Shown piece by piece: positions 45,677 through 54,025 of a stretch of 64,000 nucleotides of DNA. Within the stretch, counting starts at the first letter, position 1, and the number at the start of each line of letters is the position of its first letter. A model generated the notes under the pieces. The model saw nothing but the letters and a program-made list of their open reading frames with translations, had not been told where the DNA came from and searched no databases. The stretch comes from an uncultured Candidatus Saccharibacteria bacterium (GTDB taxonomy: Bacteria > Patescibacteriota > Saccharimonadia > Saccharimonadales > JALRHH01): the NCBI GenBank assembly GCA_964639295.1, contig CAZXDT010000002.1, positions 66,609 to 130,608 of the forward strand, read 5' to 3'. A program made the translations under genes and the position numbers.

Positions 45677-46738
45677 TTACATAGATAGGTTAGGGGCGAT
45701 TTCGAGAGAGTAGGGGTCGGCTTTGGGCTGACCGAGTTTGGCGTGAAAACTTCCTAGGGTAGCAATCATGGCGCCGTTGTCGGTGCAGAGTTTGGGGTCG
45801 GTATAGAGGATTTCTATAGGCAAGCGGTCGGCTAGCTGCTTGCGGAGCTCTGGGCTGGATGCCACGCCACCACCTATGACAACAGATTTGGGCTGGAACT
45901 CTTCAAATGCTTGGACGGTCTTGTCCACCACTGTCTCTACGGCTATACGCTGGAAGCTGGCTGCAATGTTTGCCTTCTGGGCTTCCGTAAGCCTCTCTGA
46001 TAGGCCCTGGGAGGGAAATGTGTGGTCTTCACCGATTTCTGCCTGGGCGGTCCGTAGAACGGCTGTCTTGATGCCAGAGAAAGAATAGTCATATTTATTC
46101 TGTAGTTTGGACTTAGGGAACGCGAAAGCGTATGGATCGCCTTCGAGGGCTTTTTTACTGACCGAAGGGCCACCAGGATAGGGTAGGCCGAGGATTTTGG
46201 CCACCTTATCAAAGGCTTCACCGATGGCATCATCGTGTGTCTGGCCTAGTAATGTGTAATTAAAATGGTCTCGCCAGATGACCAATTGGCTATGCCCACC
46301 AGAGACAATCAGGCCCAGCATAGGGAATTCTGGAGCTCGAGCGGGTAGGGAATAGTTCTCTAAGGTCGTCTCGGTTAAGAAGTTAACGTAAATGTGCCCC
46401 TCGACGTGGTTGATAGCATACAGGGGTTTGTCTTTTGTGATGGCCAGTGTGCGCGCAGTCAGAACACCAACTAACAGGGAACCGCCAAGCCCCGCACCGT
46501 AGGTTACGGCAATGGCATCAATGTCATCCCAGGTGCATTTTGCATCAGACAAAGCCTGATCAATAACAGGGGTCATTGCCTCCATGTGACTACGCGCGGC
46601 AATCTCTGGTACAACGCCACCGTAAACAGCATGTAGATCCATACTCGACAGTACGGCATTAGACAGCAGCTTTTTGCCGTCTTCCACGACCGCAGCAGCG
46701 GTTTCATCGCAACTTGTTTCAATTCCCAAGATCTTCAT
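45677..46738 (-). CDS. tsaD: tRNA N6-adenosine threonylcarbamoyltransferase
   Basis: ILGIETSCDETAAAVV and HVEGHI metal-binding motifs. 353 aa. Confidence 0.95.
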   Translation of the reverse strand: MKILGIETSCDETAAAVVEDGKKLLSNAVLSSMDLHAVYGGVVPEIAARSHMEAMTPVIDQALSDAKCTWDDIDAIAVTYGAGLGGSLLVGVLTARTLAITKDKPLYAINHVEGHIYVNFLTETTLENYSLPARAPEFPMLGLIVSGGHSQLVIWRDHFNYTLLGQTHDDAIGEAFDKVAKILGLPYPGGPSVSKKALEGDPYAFAFPKSKLQNKYDYSFSGIKTAVLRTAQAEIGEDHTFPSQGLSERLTEAQKANIAASFQRIAVETVVDKTVQAFEEFQPKSVVIGGGVASSPELRKQLADRLPIEILYTDPKLCTDNGAMIATLGSFHAKLGQPKADPYSLEIAPNLSM

Positions 46739-46916
46739 AACAGGCTTTAGTATACCTAACTTTTTCCGTCTTTATCACTATGGCTGATGTAGCCACACTG
46801 GGTGAGACGGAAAGGGCAACATGTGTGTAAAACATCGCTTGGTAGCGAAACACACATGCGCCCCTTCCGTAGGAGTTATAGGCTGATCTCCGTAGAGCCT
46901 CTTCTTACATTTCTTG

Positions 46917-48428
46917 CTAGAACAGCCCGAGCTTGTTCATGGTGCGCGCGATTTCAACGAGGTACTTCGTGACCTGCGGTTGATTGCGCAACTCGCGCCT
47001 GAACCGTAACACCTTAGGTGCCTCATTGAATGCCTCTCTGAGGTTGGCATCAGCCCGAACGAAACGATGGAGCTTGGCGCAGGCCAGCTCAAACGCTTGT
47101 TCAGCTTCCGCGTCACCCCAGTTCTTGAAGCTGTGCTGCTGGGCACTCACGGCCTTCCCGAGAAGTTCCCGAGCTTTCTGGCTGTGGTTGGTGACGAGCT
47201 GCACGTAGTGGCAAGCCGGCCACGGTCCGCTGATCAGCTCGACTTCGTCGAACCCGAGTTCCCGGTTGATGAGGACGATGGGTTGCTGGTAGCTGCCGTC
47301 ATACTCGGTGATCGGGATGAGGGTACGCCCACGGGCATTGTGGAAGTCAGCAACTTCTTCCCGAGTGAAGTCACGCTGAGTAGACCCCGGCGGAAGCTTG
47401 ACGATGGCATCGTCCAACTCCTTTCGGCGCTGCTCAAGTGCGGCATGGTCAGCGATGTAGACACCGTTAGCCCGGTTGGGGGTGATCTTGAACACGTACT
47501 CCAAGTCCATCTCCCAGTAGCCACCAGGGACGGTCAAGCTGTCCTTGGCGGTCGTGGGTTGCACATCTGCTAGTCCACACCAGATGAAACCGTCGTAGAC
47601 CAGATCAGACACGGAGTCGTCCTTGGCCACTGACCAGCTCATCAGCCGGAAGTTGGGTCCCAGTGCGTAGCGCTTGCTGGGGTCCAGTTCCAGCGGATCG
47701 ACCCTTCCCTGATAGGTGCGGTAGGCGTCGTCAGGTTTGCCGAAGCAGAAGATCGGACCAATGTTCTTTGGGAAAGGGATCGCCTCTTCCGCAAACACGT
47801 CCAGTTTGGTCGCGGCCGCCGGCTGGTCCAGGATTCTGGCCAGCACGTTGGTTTCGAGCCACTGCGTGAACACGGCGAACACCTCCTTGGTGACGAAACT
47901 GGTTGGCTCGTCGCTCTCAGGCAGGTATTGCCGATCGAGATCGGAGTTGGCCTTGAGGAGCGGCGGACGGCCACGGTAGAGGTACTCGTTAGTCCAACCA
48001 CCCTTGTACGCCAGGTACCACCGCTGCTCACCGTGGAGCTTGCTGTGGAGCTTGCTGCTGTGCATGAAGCGGTCCTTGTCCTGCTCCCAGTCGTTGCCGA
48101 CGTAGTTGTAGAACGTGGGACCCGATTCGTCCTCGTAGACGCTGATCTCCATTTTGGGGATGTTGATCTTGCTGACTGCGGCGGTGTCGTTCCAGCTGCC
48201 GAGGCGTTGCTGGGGGCGGCAGAACCACAGTTTGAAGTCGTCTCCACGCAGGTTACGAACCAGTCTGAACTGTTCTGCTCCAGAGCCGTAGATGTCGAAC
48301 TCGACCTCAATTCCCGGTACGTCCCAATTCCGCTCCTCAAGGGCGCGAACGATCTGCTCGCAGACCTCATCGAACGGAAACTGCCTAGACGTGGGGTAGA
48401 GGAAAGTTGGTGCGGTAAGAGTGATCAT
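46917..48428 (-). CDS. Hypothetical protein encoded in a high-GC island (no family recognised)
   Basis: Long ORF with G/C-ending codons. The start is set at MITLTAP (48428), 9 nt after AAGGA. The ORF track shows 4-5 stacked shadow ORFs here, typical of high-GC DNA. Confidence 0.6.
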   Translation of the reverse strand: MITLTAPTFLYPTSRQFPFDEVCEQIVRALEERNWDVPGIEVEFDIYGSGAEQFRLVRNLRGDDFKLWFCRPQQRLGSWNDTAAVSKINIPKMEISVYEDESGPTFYNYVGNDWEQDKDRFMHSSKLHSKLHGEQRWYLAYKGGWTNEYLYRGRPPLLKANSDLDRQYLPESDEPTSFVTKEVFAVFTQWLETNVLARILDQPAAATKLDVFAEEAIPFPKNIGPIFCFGKPDDAYRTYQGRVDPLELDPSKRYALGPNFRLMSWSVAKDDSVSDLVYDGFIWCGLADVQPTTAKDSLTVPGGYWEMDLEYVFKITPNRANGVYIADHAALEQRRKELDDAIVKLPPGSTQRDFTREEVADFHNARGRTLIPITEYDGSYQQPIVLINRELGFDEVELISGPWPACHYVQLVTNHSQKARELLGKAVSAQQHSFKNWGDAEAEQAFELACAKLHRFVRADANLREAFNEAPKVLRFRRELRNQPQVTKYLVEIARTMNKLGLF

Positions 48429-48588
48429 GCTGATTCCGTCCTTTCGGGGCGGTAGGTGCAATGAAATGTGAGGTGCTTCAAAAGGCCTCCGGAGGAGTCC
48501 TCAAAACTAGTATATTTTATCATAAAACATACAAAATGTAAATACATTTATCTCTGTAATATTGACCATTTCATAGTATGATTGACGC

Positions 48589-49890
48589 ATGAATATCCGA
48601 AAGATTGTTAAAAGCTTTATACCAACCTCACTGTTCAGTAAGGTAGAGCCACTCGGCCACCTTATTGAAGCGATTATCTACAATATGCTCTATGGGTTCC
48701 CGGGACGTAAGTTCAAAGTTATTGGTGTTACAGGGACAAATGGCAAGACTACAACTACCTACATGATCCACCGCATGATGCGTGAGGCAGGCTACAGTGT
48801 GGGACTTATGACCACTGTTGCCTACGGTGCAAACGACGATATTCGTAACCAGACGTACCATATGACCAACGTACCCATTCCAGCTCTGATGAAGCGGCTC
48901 AAATGGATGCGCAAACAGGGTGTTGAGTGGCTCGTGCTGGAGACAACCAGTCATGCCTTAGCCCAGAACCGCGTCTGGGGCATCCCATACAGCGTGGCTG
49001 TTATGACCAATGTCACACACGAGCACTTAGACTTCCACGGTACATTTGAAAATTATCGTGATGCCAAACGTAAGTTATTCAAAATAACAGATAAGAATAA
49101 GAAGGGCCTCCGAACCGGCATCGTTAATACCGATGATCCTAGTGCTCGGCTGTTTTCTGGTGACGTATTACACCCGGTTGGCTATGGCCTTAAGAGCGGC
49201 CACATTGTTGCGAAGGACCTCAAACTAACCCCTGCAGGTAGTACCTACAAAGCAATTGCTGACGATATTACGTACGACATTACTTGTAATATCCCAGGTA
49301 GCTTCAATGTCTCTAACTCGCTCGCCGTAGTTGCCGTAGGGCACACGCTTGGCATCAAGAAAGAGAAAGTTGAGGAGGGAATTGCCGCACTGAAAGCAGT
49401 AGAAGGTCGCATGACACGCGTAGACGAAGGCCAGGACTTCGATGTGATTGTCGACTTTGCCCACACGCCAGACAGCTTTGAGAAGCTGTTTAAGGACCTA
49501 CGTCCAGTCGTAAAGGGCAAGTTAATCGTTATGTTTGGCAGCGCTGGTCGGCGTGATGAAGCCAAACGTGCCGTACAGGGCAAACTAGCTGGTGAATACA
49601 CTGATGAAGTCGTTATAACAGAGGAAGATGACCGCGATATCGATGGCATAGAAATCATGAACCAGATTGCCGAAGGTGCAGAAAACACAGGTAAACTACG
49701 TGAACAAAACCTCTTTTTGGTACACGACCGAACCGAGGCAATTAACTTTGCCATTAACCGAGCACAAAAAGGGGACGCTGTTTTGTTACTCGGTAAAGGG
49801 CATGAAAAAACGATCGAACGCGCCAACGGCGAAAACCCTTGGGACGAAATTGGCACCGCCCACGAAGCAGCGCGATTAGTTAAAAGTTAA
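48589..49890 (+). CDS. murE: Mur ligase, MurE-like (short N-terminus)
   Basis: P-loop IGVTGTNGKTTTT, ETTSHAL, NVTHEHLDFHG, DFAHTPDS, and C-terminal LLLGKGHE. Confidence 0.75.
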   Translation: MNIRKIVKSFIPTSLFSKVEPLGHLIEAIIYNMLYGFPGRKFKVIGVTGTNGKTTTTYMIHRMMREAGYSVGLMTTVAYGANDDIRNQTYHMTNVPIPALMKRLKWMRKQGVEWLVLETTSHALAQNRVWGIPYSVAVMTNVTHEHLDFHGTFENYRDAKRKLFKITDKNKKGLRTGIVNTDDPSARLFSGDVLHPVGYGLKSGHIVAKDLKLTPAGSTYKAIADDITYDITCNIPGSFNVSNSLAVVAVGHTLGIKKEKVEEGIAALKAVEGRMTRVDEGQDFDVIVDFAHTPDSFEKLFKDLRPVVKGKLIVMFGSAGRRDEAKRAVQGKLAGEYTDEVVITEEDDRDIDGIEIMNQIAEGAENTGKLREQNLFLVHDRTEAINFAINRAQKGDAVLLLGKGHEKTIERANGENPWDEIGTAHEAARLVKS

Positions 49891-50891
49891 GAAACAGCTT
49901 GGTTGTTGGCGACTTTTAGTGTGTGGTCGATAGTACTCTTGAAGTATTCATCAGTACTAGTTTCAAGAGTGGACGACTTGAGACCAGATTCTTTTTTACC
50001 CTGTCGTAAGCCTCCACGATATGCCTTGGCAAGGCGTTCGGGCATCTTATGCTTTGCCAGAACAGGTGCAATGTCTCCGTTGTTTTCATCAACTTGAGTC
50101 GTCGAATCAAAAAATGTCTCAATATCGTGACGTATTAGGCTGGTTGTAGCATCTGAGGCCTCAATGGTTGCCCCATTTCGTGGTAATTGCTTGATGCCCT
50201 CGAGGTCAATAAAACGTATACCACTCAAATCAGCTGCTAAATTCTTTGCTTCGGCGTCGGTATGAACAAGCCCCGCGCCGTGAAGGTAGCCTAGCCCACG
50301 GAGACAATCCATAAGGGCGTGTTCAATAACTGGAGCGCGCAGTGCCTCAGGTGTTACGTTTCTATCTGCCCAGAAAACGTTATCGTAGGACTTTACGCCG
50401 TGATCATAAAGCGATAACAGGTGGTTTACGCCTTCTGCAGTGCGCCATACCCCAAGTGGGAGGTATGCTAACTGTGCATCGCCAAGACTGTTTAGGTAGT
50501 TGCTTGCTGCCCATTCGCGCTGCAGGAAAGTATCTGGGTGTTCATCCTCTGAGCCCTGGAAGGGTTTAGCGCCTACAAGTATCGGCCGCTCATGCAGACC
50601 ATAGCCGTTAAGCAGCATTTGCCCAAAGCGGGGCTGGTGGCGTGCTTCGTCACGACCTAGCCCAAGATCAGCGCTATCAATAAAGGTAGCACGGTGAGGC
50701 TTAGAGGAAGCGGGGACGTCCGGAAGTCGAAACTCACTGTCTAAAAGGGCTACAGAACCGAGGGGAATCGTTGCCATTAATCGACCAATGGCACGCTCGC
50801 CTTGGTCGATTGCATCTGGGATCTCAACAGAGGGCAGAGTAACGATCTCGCCCATTTGTTCTGAAGGTCCGTTTATTCGTATATTAGCCAT
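49887..50891 (-). CDS. Protein-kinase-like fold protein (tentative)
   Basis: Catalytic-loop-like YLHGAGLVHTDAEAKNLA followed by IRFIDLEG (HxDxxxxN ... D-x-x pattern). Confidence 0.45.
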   Translation of the reverse strand: MANIRINGPSEQMGEIVTLPSVEIPDAIDQGERAIGRLMATIPLGSVALLDSEFRLPDVPASSKPHRATFIDSADLGLGRDEARHQPRFGQMLLNGYGLHERPILVGAKPFQGSEDEHPDTFLQREWAASNYLNSLGDAQLAYLPLGVWRTAEGVNHLLSLYDHGVKSYDNVFWADRNVTPEALRAPVIEHALMDCLRGLGYLHGAGLVHTDAEAKNLAADLSGIRFIDLEGIKQLPRNGATIEASDATTSLIRHDIETFFDSTTQVDENNGDIAPVLAKHKMPERLAKAYRGGLRQGKKESGLKSSTLETSTDEYFKSTIDHTLKVANNQAVS

Positions 50892-50929
50892 TTAAAAACC
50901 TTATGCTAAATAGTAGCATAATATTGTGT

Positions 50930-51778
50930 TTATGTCAATGTGAGGGTGGTGCAGCGGATGTAGCCACCACCTTTAGCTAGTTCGTTGATTTCTGGGGTGA
51001 TGGTGTGGAGGCCTTTGGTTTCTACCGCTGCTTGGAACAGGGGAGCATGGGCGCTCATGACCACGATTTCTCCGGTGCTGACCAGGTTACAGGCAAAGCC
51101 CTGCATGGCTTCTTCAAGGGTGACTTCGATTTTATCTATAGGCAGGGCGCGTATTTTATCCTGTGAATCAGGCATGAAAGCCTCTGGGCACCAGGCTATT
51201 AAATCTTCGCGCAGGACAGACAGCGCGAGGTCAATGTCGTAGAAAAAGCTATCTGGCCAGCCAGAAACAGCGTTGGTGATAGGTTGTCCGTTGGCGTCTA
51301 GGTTTGGGATGGTTTGCAAACCAATGACTTCGTAGCCCAGGTGTTCTGTTATAAATTGGGCCATTCGTGGATCTGTGCGGTACTCGCTACCCATGAAGAG
51401 GTAATTGCCACAGGGCAGGGCATCACCCTGACCACTGAAACGATATGGGGCTTCTATAACCTTTTTACCTAACGATTCTAGGGCTGCACGGGCATGTGGC
51501 TGTTCGGCCTGCCGTTTATTAGGTAATGAGGACAAAATGGCTGTATCACCTCGTATAAGTGCCCAATTGGCCGTATATACGCCATCCTGGCAGTCTTTTG
51601 GCGCTGGAGTAGTGACAACCTCTACTCCGGCAGTTTTTAGCGCATCTGCAACCGCCTGGTGCTCTGCAATGGCTCGTTTGGTATCGACGGGGACTGATGC
51701 GTCCATATATGGGTTGATGGCAAAGTCGTCGTTGAAGTATTCGGCTCCGGACATAAGGACTTTTTGGTTTATCTTCAT
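50930..51778 (-). CDS. Guanidino-group-modifying enzyme (amidinotransferase / DDAH / arginine-deiminase-related family)
   Basis: C-terminal catalytic-Cys motif KGGGYIRCTTLTL. 282 aa, so shorter than ArcA. Confidence 0.7.
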   Translation of the reverse strand: MKINQKVLMSGAEYFNDDFAINPYMDASVPVDTKRAIAEHQAVADALKTAGVEVVTTPAPKDCQDGVYTANWALIRGDTAILSSLPNKRQAEQPHARAALESLGKKVIEAPYRFSGQGDALPCGNYLFMGSEYRTDPRMAQFITEHLGYEVIGLQTIPNLDANGQPITNAVSGWPDSFFYDIDLALSVLREDLIAWCPEAFMPDSQDKIRALPIDKIEVTLEEAMQGFACNLVSTGEIVVMSAHAPLFQAAVETKGLHTITPEINELAKGGGYIRCTTLTLT

Positions 51779-51945
51779 GTAAATATTGTAAAGCAGGGTT
51801 GGACATAATTGACAAAAAAGTTCATAAATTGTATTGCAATACTAAAAAATAGGCGTATACTTTGAAGATATTTTTGATATGACCCCAGTTATGGGATCTC
51901 AAAATATGTCTACTTCCTTGAGGCTCATGCTTCGGAAGTATTAAC

Positions 51946-51959
51946 ATTGAGATTGTGAG
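51946..51959. repeat. Left copy of a perfect 14-bp inverted repeat (ATTGAGATTGTGAG)
   Basis: Read directly. The exact reverse complement is at 52782-52795. Confidence 0.85.
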
Positions 51960-52081
51960 TACCAAAATGGAAGCAAGAGCATCGTAGTATGCGATGTTGT
52001 TGCTTCCATTTTGGGAGAAAGTAACACCCTATCTCGGACGTTCAGCACATGTCGTAACACTACTCAACGAGGAGTTTTCGC

Positions 52082-52657
52082 ATGACCACTGAAGTAACGA
52101 CCATGGCCCCAGCCATGACCATCCCTTCCCAGCCGACTGCCACCGACGTCAACGACACCGAGAAGGTGCTCAGCGACATCGAGGACTGCTGGCTTCTGCA
52201 CGACGCTCAGTTCGCCGACCCCGACTACCTCACGCCCGAGATGGCCGACCACCTCGCCCGCAAGGACATCATGGACTTCCAGGGTGACCAAGCCGACGAG
52301 GAGCTCGGTGTCGACAAGCTGCCTGTCATGCCGGAGCCGGCCCCGTCTCGCTTCGCCGACTACGTCGACAGGGTGAATCGTGGCCTCCGTTGTGCGCGCA
52401 ACCGGTTCGTCGCCAGGACCAGGCGTCGCGCCTCCAAGGCTGAGAAGTACGCTCCGGTGAAGGACATCGAGCTCAAGGGAAGCGTCAACCTCCAGATCTG
52501 GGTGACCAAGGAGCTCAGCTGCAGTACCAACTGGAACAGGGTCATCTTCGACAAGAAGACCTTCGACGAGTTCAACAAGCTCGTCAAGAAGATGCCCACC
52601 AAGCGTCGCCGCTACTTCCGTCAGCGCTTCTGCTACGCCGGCGTCGTAGCCATCTGA
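52082..52657 (+). CDS. Hypothetical protein in a high-GC cassette (acidic N-half, basic C-half)
   Basis: Good SD (GAGGAG, 8 nt upstream). Strong G/C third-position bias. No family recognised. Confidence 0.55.
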   Translation: MTTEVTTMAPAMTIPSQPTATDVNDTEKVLSDIEDCWLLHDAQFADPDYLTPEMADHLARKDIMDFQGDQADEELGVDKLPVMPEPAPSRFADYVDRVNRGLRCARNRFVARTRRRASKAEKYAPVKDIELKGSVNLQIWVTKELSCSTNWNRVIFDKKTFDEFNKLVKKMPTKRRRYFRQRFCYAGVVAI

Positions 52658-52781
52658 TCCACCTGGGAAGGTGATTCGAGGGATCGGCGGCTCCCTCGAG
52701 GGATAAAAGACAGGGTCCGGGTGGCTACCATAACCGCAAGGTTATCACCCGGACTCTGTCCATCCCTCGTTACTCTCTCCG

Positions 52782-52795
52782 CTCACAATCTCAAT
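52782..52795. repeat. Right copy of the perfect 14-bp inverted repeat (CTCACAATCTCAAT)
   Basis: Reverse complement equals 51946-51959. Confidence 0.85.
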
Positions 52796-52840
52796 CTCAT
52801 CTATGTCTGTAAGCACCTACAACAGAGGTGTTTTTTTGTA

Positions 52841-52866
52841 TCAAAAAACCAGCCGGGTGGCTGGTT
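52841..52866 (-). terminator. Intrinsic terminator (minus strand)
   Basis: 8-bp stem AACCAGCC/GGCTGGTT with a GGGT loop, followed on the minus strand by TTTTTTGA. A weaker plus-strand hairpin CACCT-N7-AGGTG plus T7 lies at 52814-52837. Confidence 0.6.
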
Positions 52867-53085
52867 GCATTATCGATGGGGTGAATGTGGGCTTAGCTGG
52901 GGTGATACGGGGTTGGAGGCAAATGCCTACGACAACGGTATTAAACCAACTAAGCCCGATACCCAGGAGGAGCGTCAGCTCGTCATCCGCCGATTGGCGA
53001 GACGCTCCTCCTGGGGGTTCCGGGTGTCAGACTGGCACAACGAGCAGAAATGCCAGGGTGAGATTACCCAGAGGGTATTCCTCCG

Positions 53086-53439
53086 TCAGTGGATACGCAT
53101 GCCGTTGCGGCGGGTGCGGGTCCTGCTGACACCGTTGATCGCGGACTCCAGGGCTGAGTAGAAGTCCTTGATGAACGGGTGTGCGCTGCTGAACATGGTC
53201 GGTTCGTGAACCCTGGCTCGGACCGTGACTGCGCTTTTGGCGCGGTCCTTGAGGGTGTACGAGACGCCAGTCATGGCAGTCGCTTCCTTGGCGACGATGT
53301 CGAGTGCCATCGGGTCGCTAGACCTCACTACGAAAGTGATTTCCAGTTGGCCGTTGGACAACAACGTGATGTTCTCGTCATCGAGAGAGACCATCCCGAA
53401 GCCTCGGAAATTACCGGTCGACAATGTAACCACATCCAA
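53086..53439 (-). CDS. Hypothetical protein, high-GC (possibly truncated)
   Basis: 117-aa ORF with G/C-rich codons. The odd basic C-terminus (SRTRTRRNGMRIH) suggests a possible frame disruption. No motif recognised. Confidence 0.4.
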   Translation of the reverse strand: MDVVTLSTGNFRGFGMVSLDDENITLLSNGQLEITFVVRSSDPMALDIVAKEATAMTGVSYTLKDRAKSAVTVRARVHEPTMFSSAHPFIKDFYSALESAINGVSRTRTRRNGMRIH

Positions 53440-53527
53440 TCTTCTAGTTATGGAAGGAACTTTAGGAGTTTATCACAGAGGTGAATCTATTGCAACACAG
53501 GCAATTGAATGGTATAATAAGTGAAGT

Positions 53528-54007
53528 ATGAGTGCAGAACGAGATACTAACCACGAACAACTTCCAGGGGAGTTTGAATTCTCTCTCGTTTTTGGTGCAC
53601 TAAAAGCAAAACTCATGAAGGCAAAAGATGAGCAGAAACAGATGGTCGGCTACAGACTATTTACGACTGATAGAGTAGATGCTGCTAAAGATGCACTTGT
53701 GCGCTTTAGGTTAGTTGATAGTAGGTTTACGGACGATCTTCAGGCTGCTGCCCAGAACCCTGACGCCGTGGTTGATGTAGGTTTGCCAGTTGCTATCCCC
53801 AGTAGTACGGATCCAATATTAATTAGCGACACCGTTTTAGGCCAAGAAGAGCTTGATTATTTTGTTCTATACAAGCAAGCAGGACCGATAGTCGTTGATG
53901 CTGCACATATGCAACATGATGTGCTTAACGATGACCCAGACTTTACTATGAAGGCTCTCAATGCTGAGGTTGTACCCATGAGTAAACCCAGTGAGAACGA
54001 ACGCTAA
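53528..54007 (+). CDS. Hypothetical protein
   Basis: 159-aa ORF with window-typical composition. No motif recognised. Confidence 0.5.
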   Translation: MSAERDTNHEQLPGEFEFSLVFGALKAKLMKAKDEQKQMVGYRLFTTDRVDAAKDALVRFRLVDSRFTDDLQAAAQNPDAVVDVGLPVAIPSSTDPILISDTVLGQEELDYFVLYKQAGPIVVDAAHMQHDVLNDDPDFTMKALNAEVVPMSKPSENER

Positions 54008-54025
54008 GCTTGCTTGACAGGGATG

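Noticed and set aside
47067-48455. Multiple long ORFs on both strands (for example 47642-48370 at 242 aa, 47928-48455 at 175 aa, 47067-47573 at 168 aa).
   Set aside because: All are nested in or antisense to the 503-aa gene. Their translations are Arg/Ser/Pro/Thr-rich low-complexity sequence, typical of off-frame high-GC DNA.
46904-48472. A possible inverted repeat flanking island 1: CTTACATTTC at 46904-46913 versus GAAATGTGAG at 48463-48472. It also shows a loose resemblance to the island-2 14-mer through the shared TGTGAG.
   Set aside because: The match is only 9 of 10 over 10 bp, and the alignment to the island-2 repeat needs gaps. That is within chance expectation for flanks of this size.
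52721-53161. Plus-strand ORFs of 146 aa and 108 aa in the ORF track.
   Set aside because: They run through the right inverted repeat and two back-to-back terminators. They have no ATG after the terminators (only a TTG inside a hairpin) and overlap the 3' end of the convergent 117-aa gene. They are most likely shadow frames of high-GC DNA, although a small gene cannot be fully excluded.
52877-53260. A possible tmRNA. The segment GGGGTGATACGGGGTTGGAGGC resembles the tmRNA 5' end (GGGGCTGATTCTGGATTCGAC), and a GCA-AAT-GCC-TAC-GAC-AAC reading frame follows it.
   Set aside because: There is no matching 3' acceptor partner, T-arm or ACCA within 300-450 nt. The putative tag does not end in the usual ...AA-stop. 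The region also has foreign high-GC composition.
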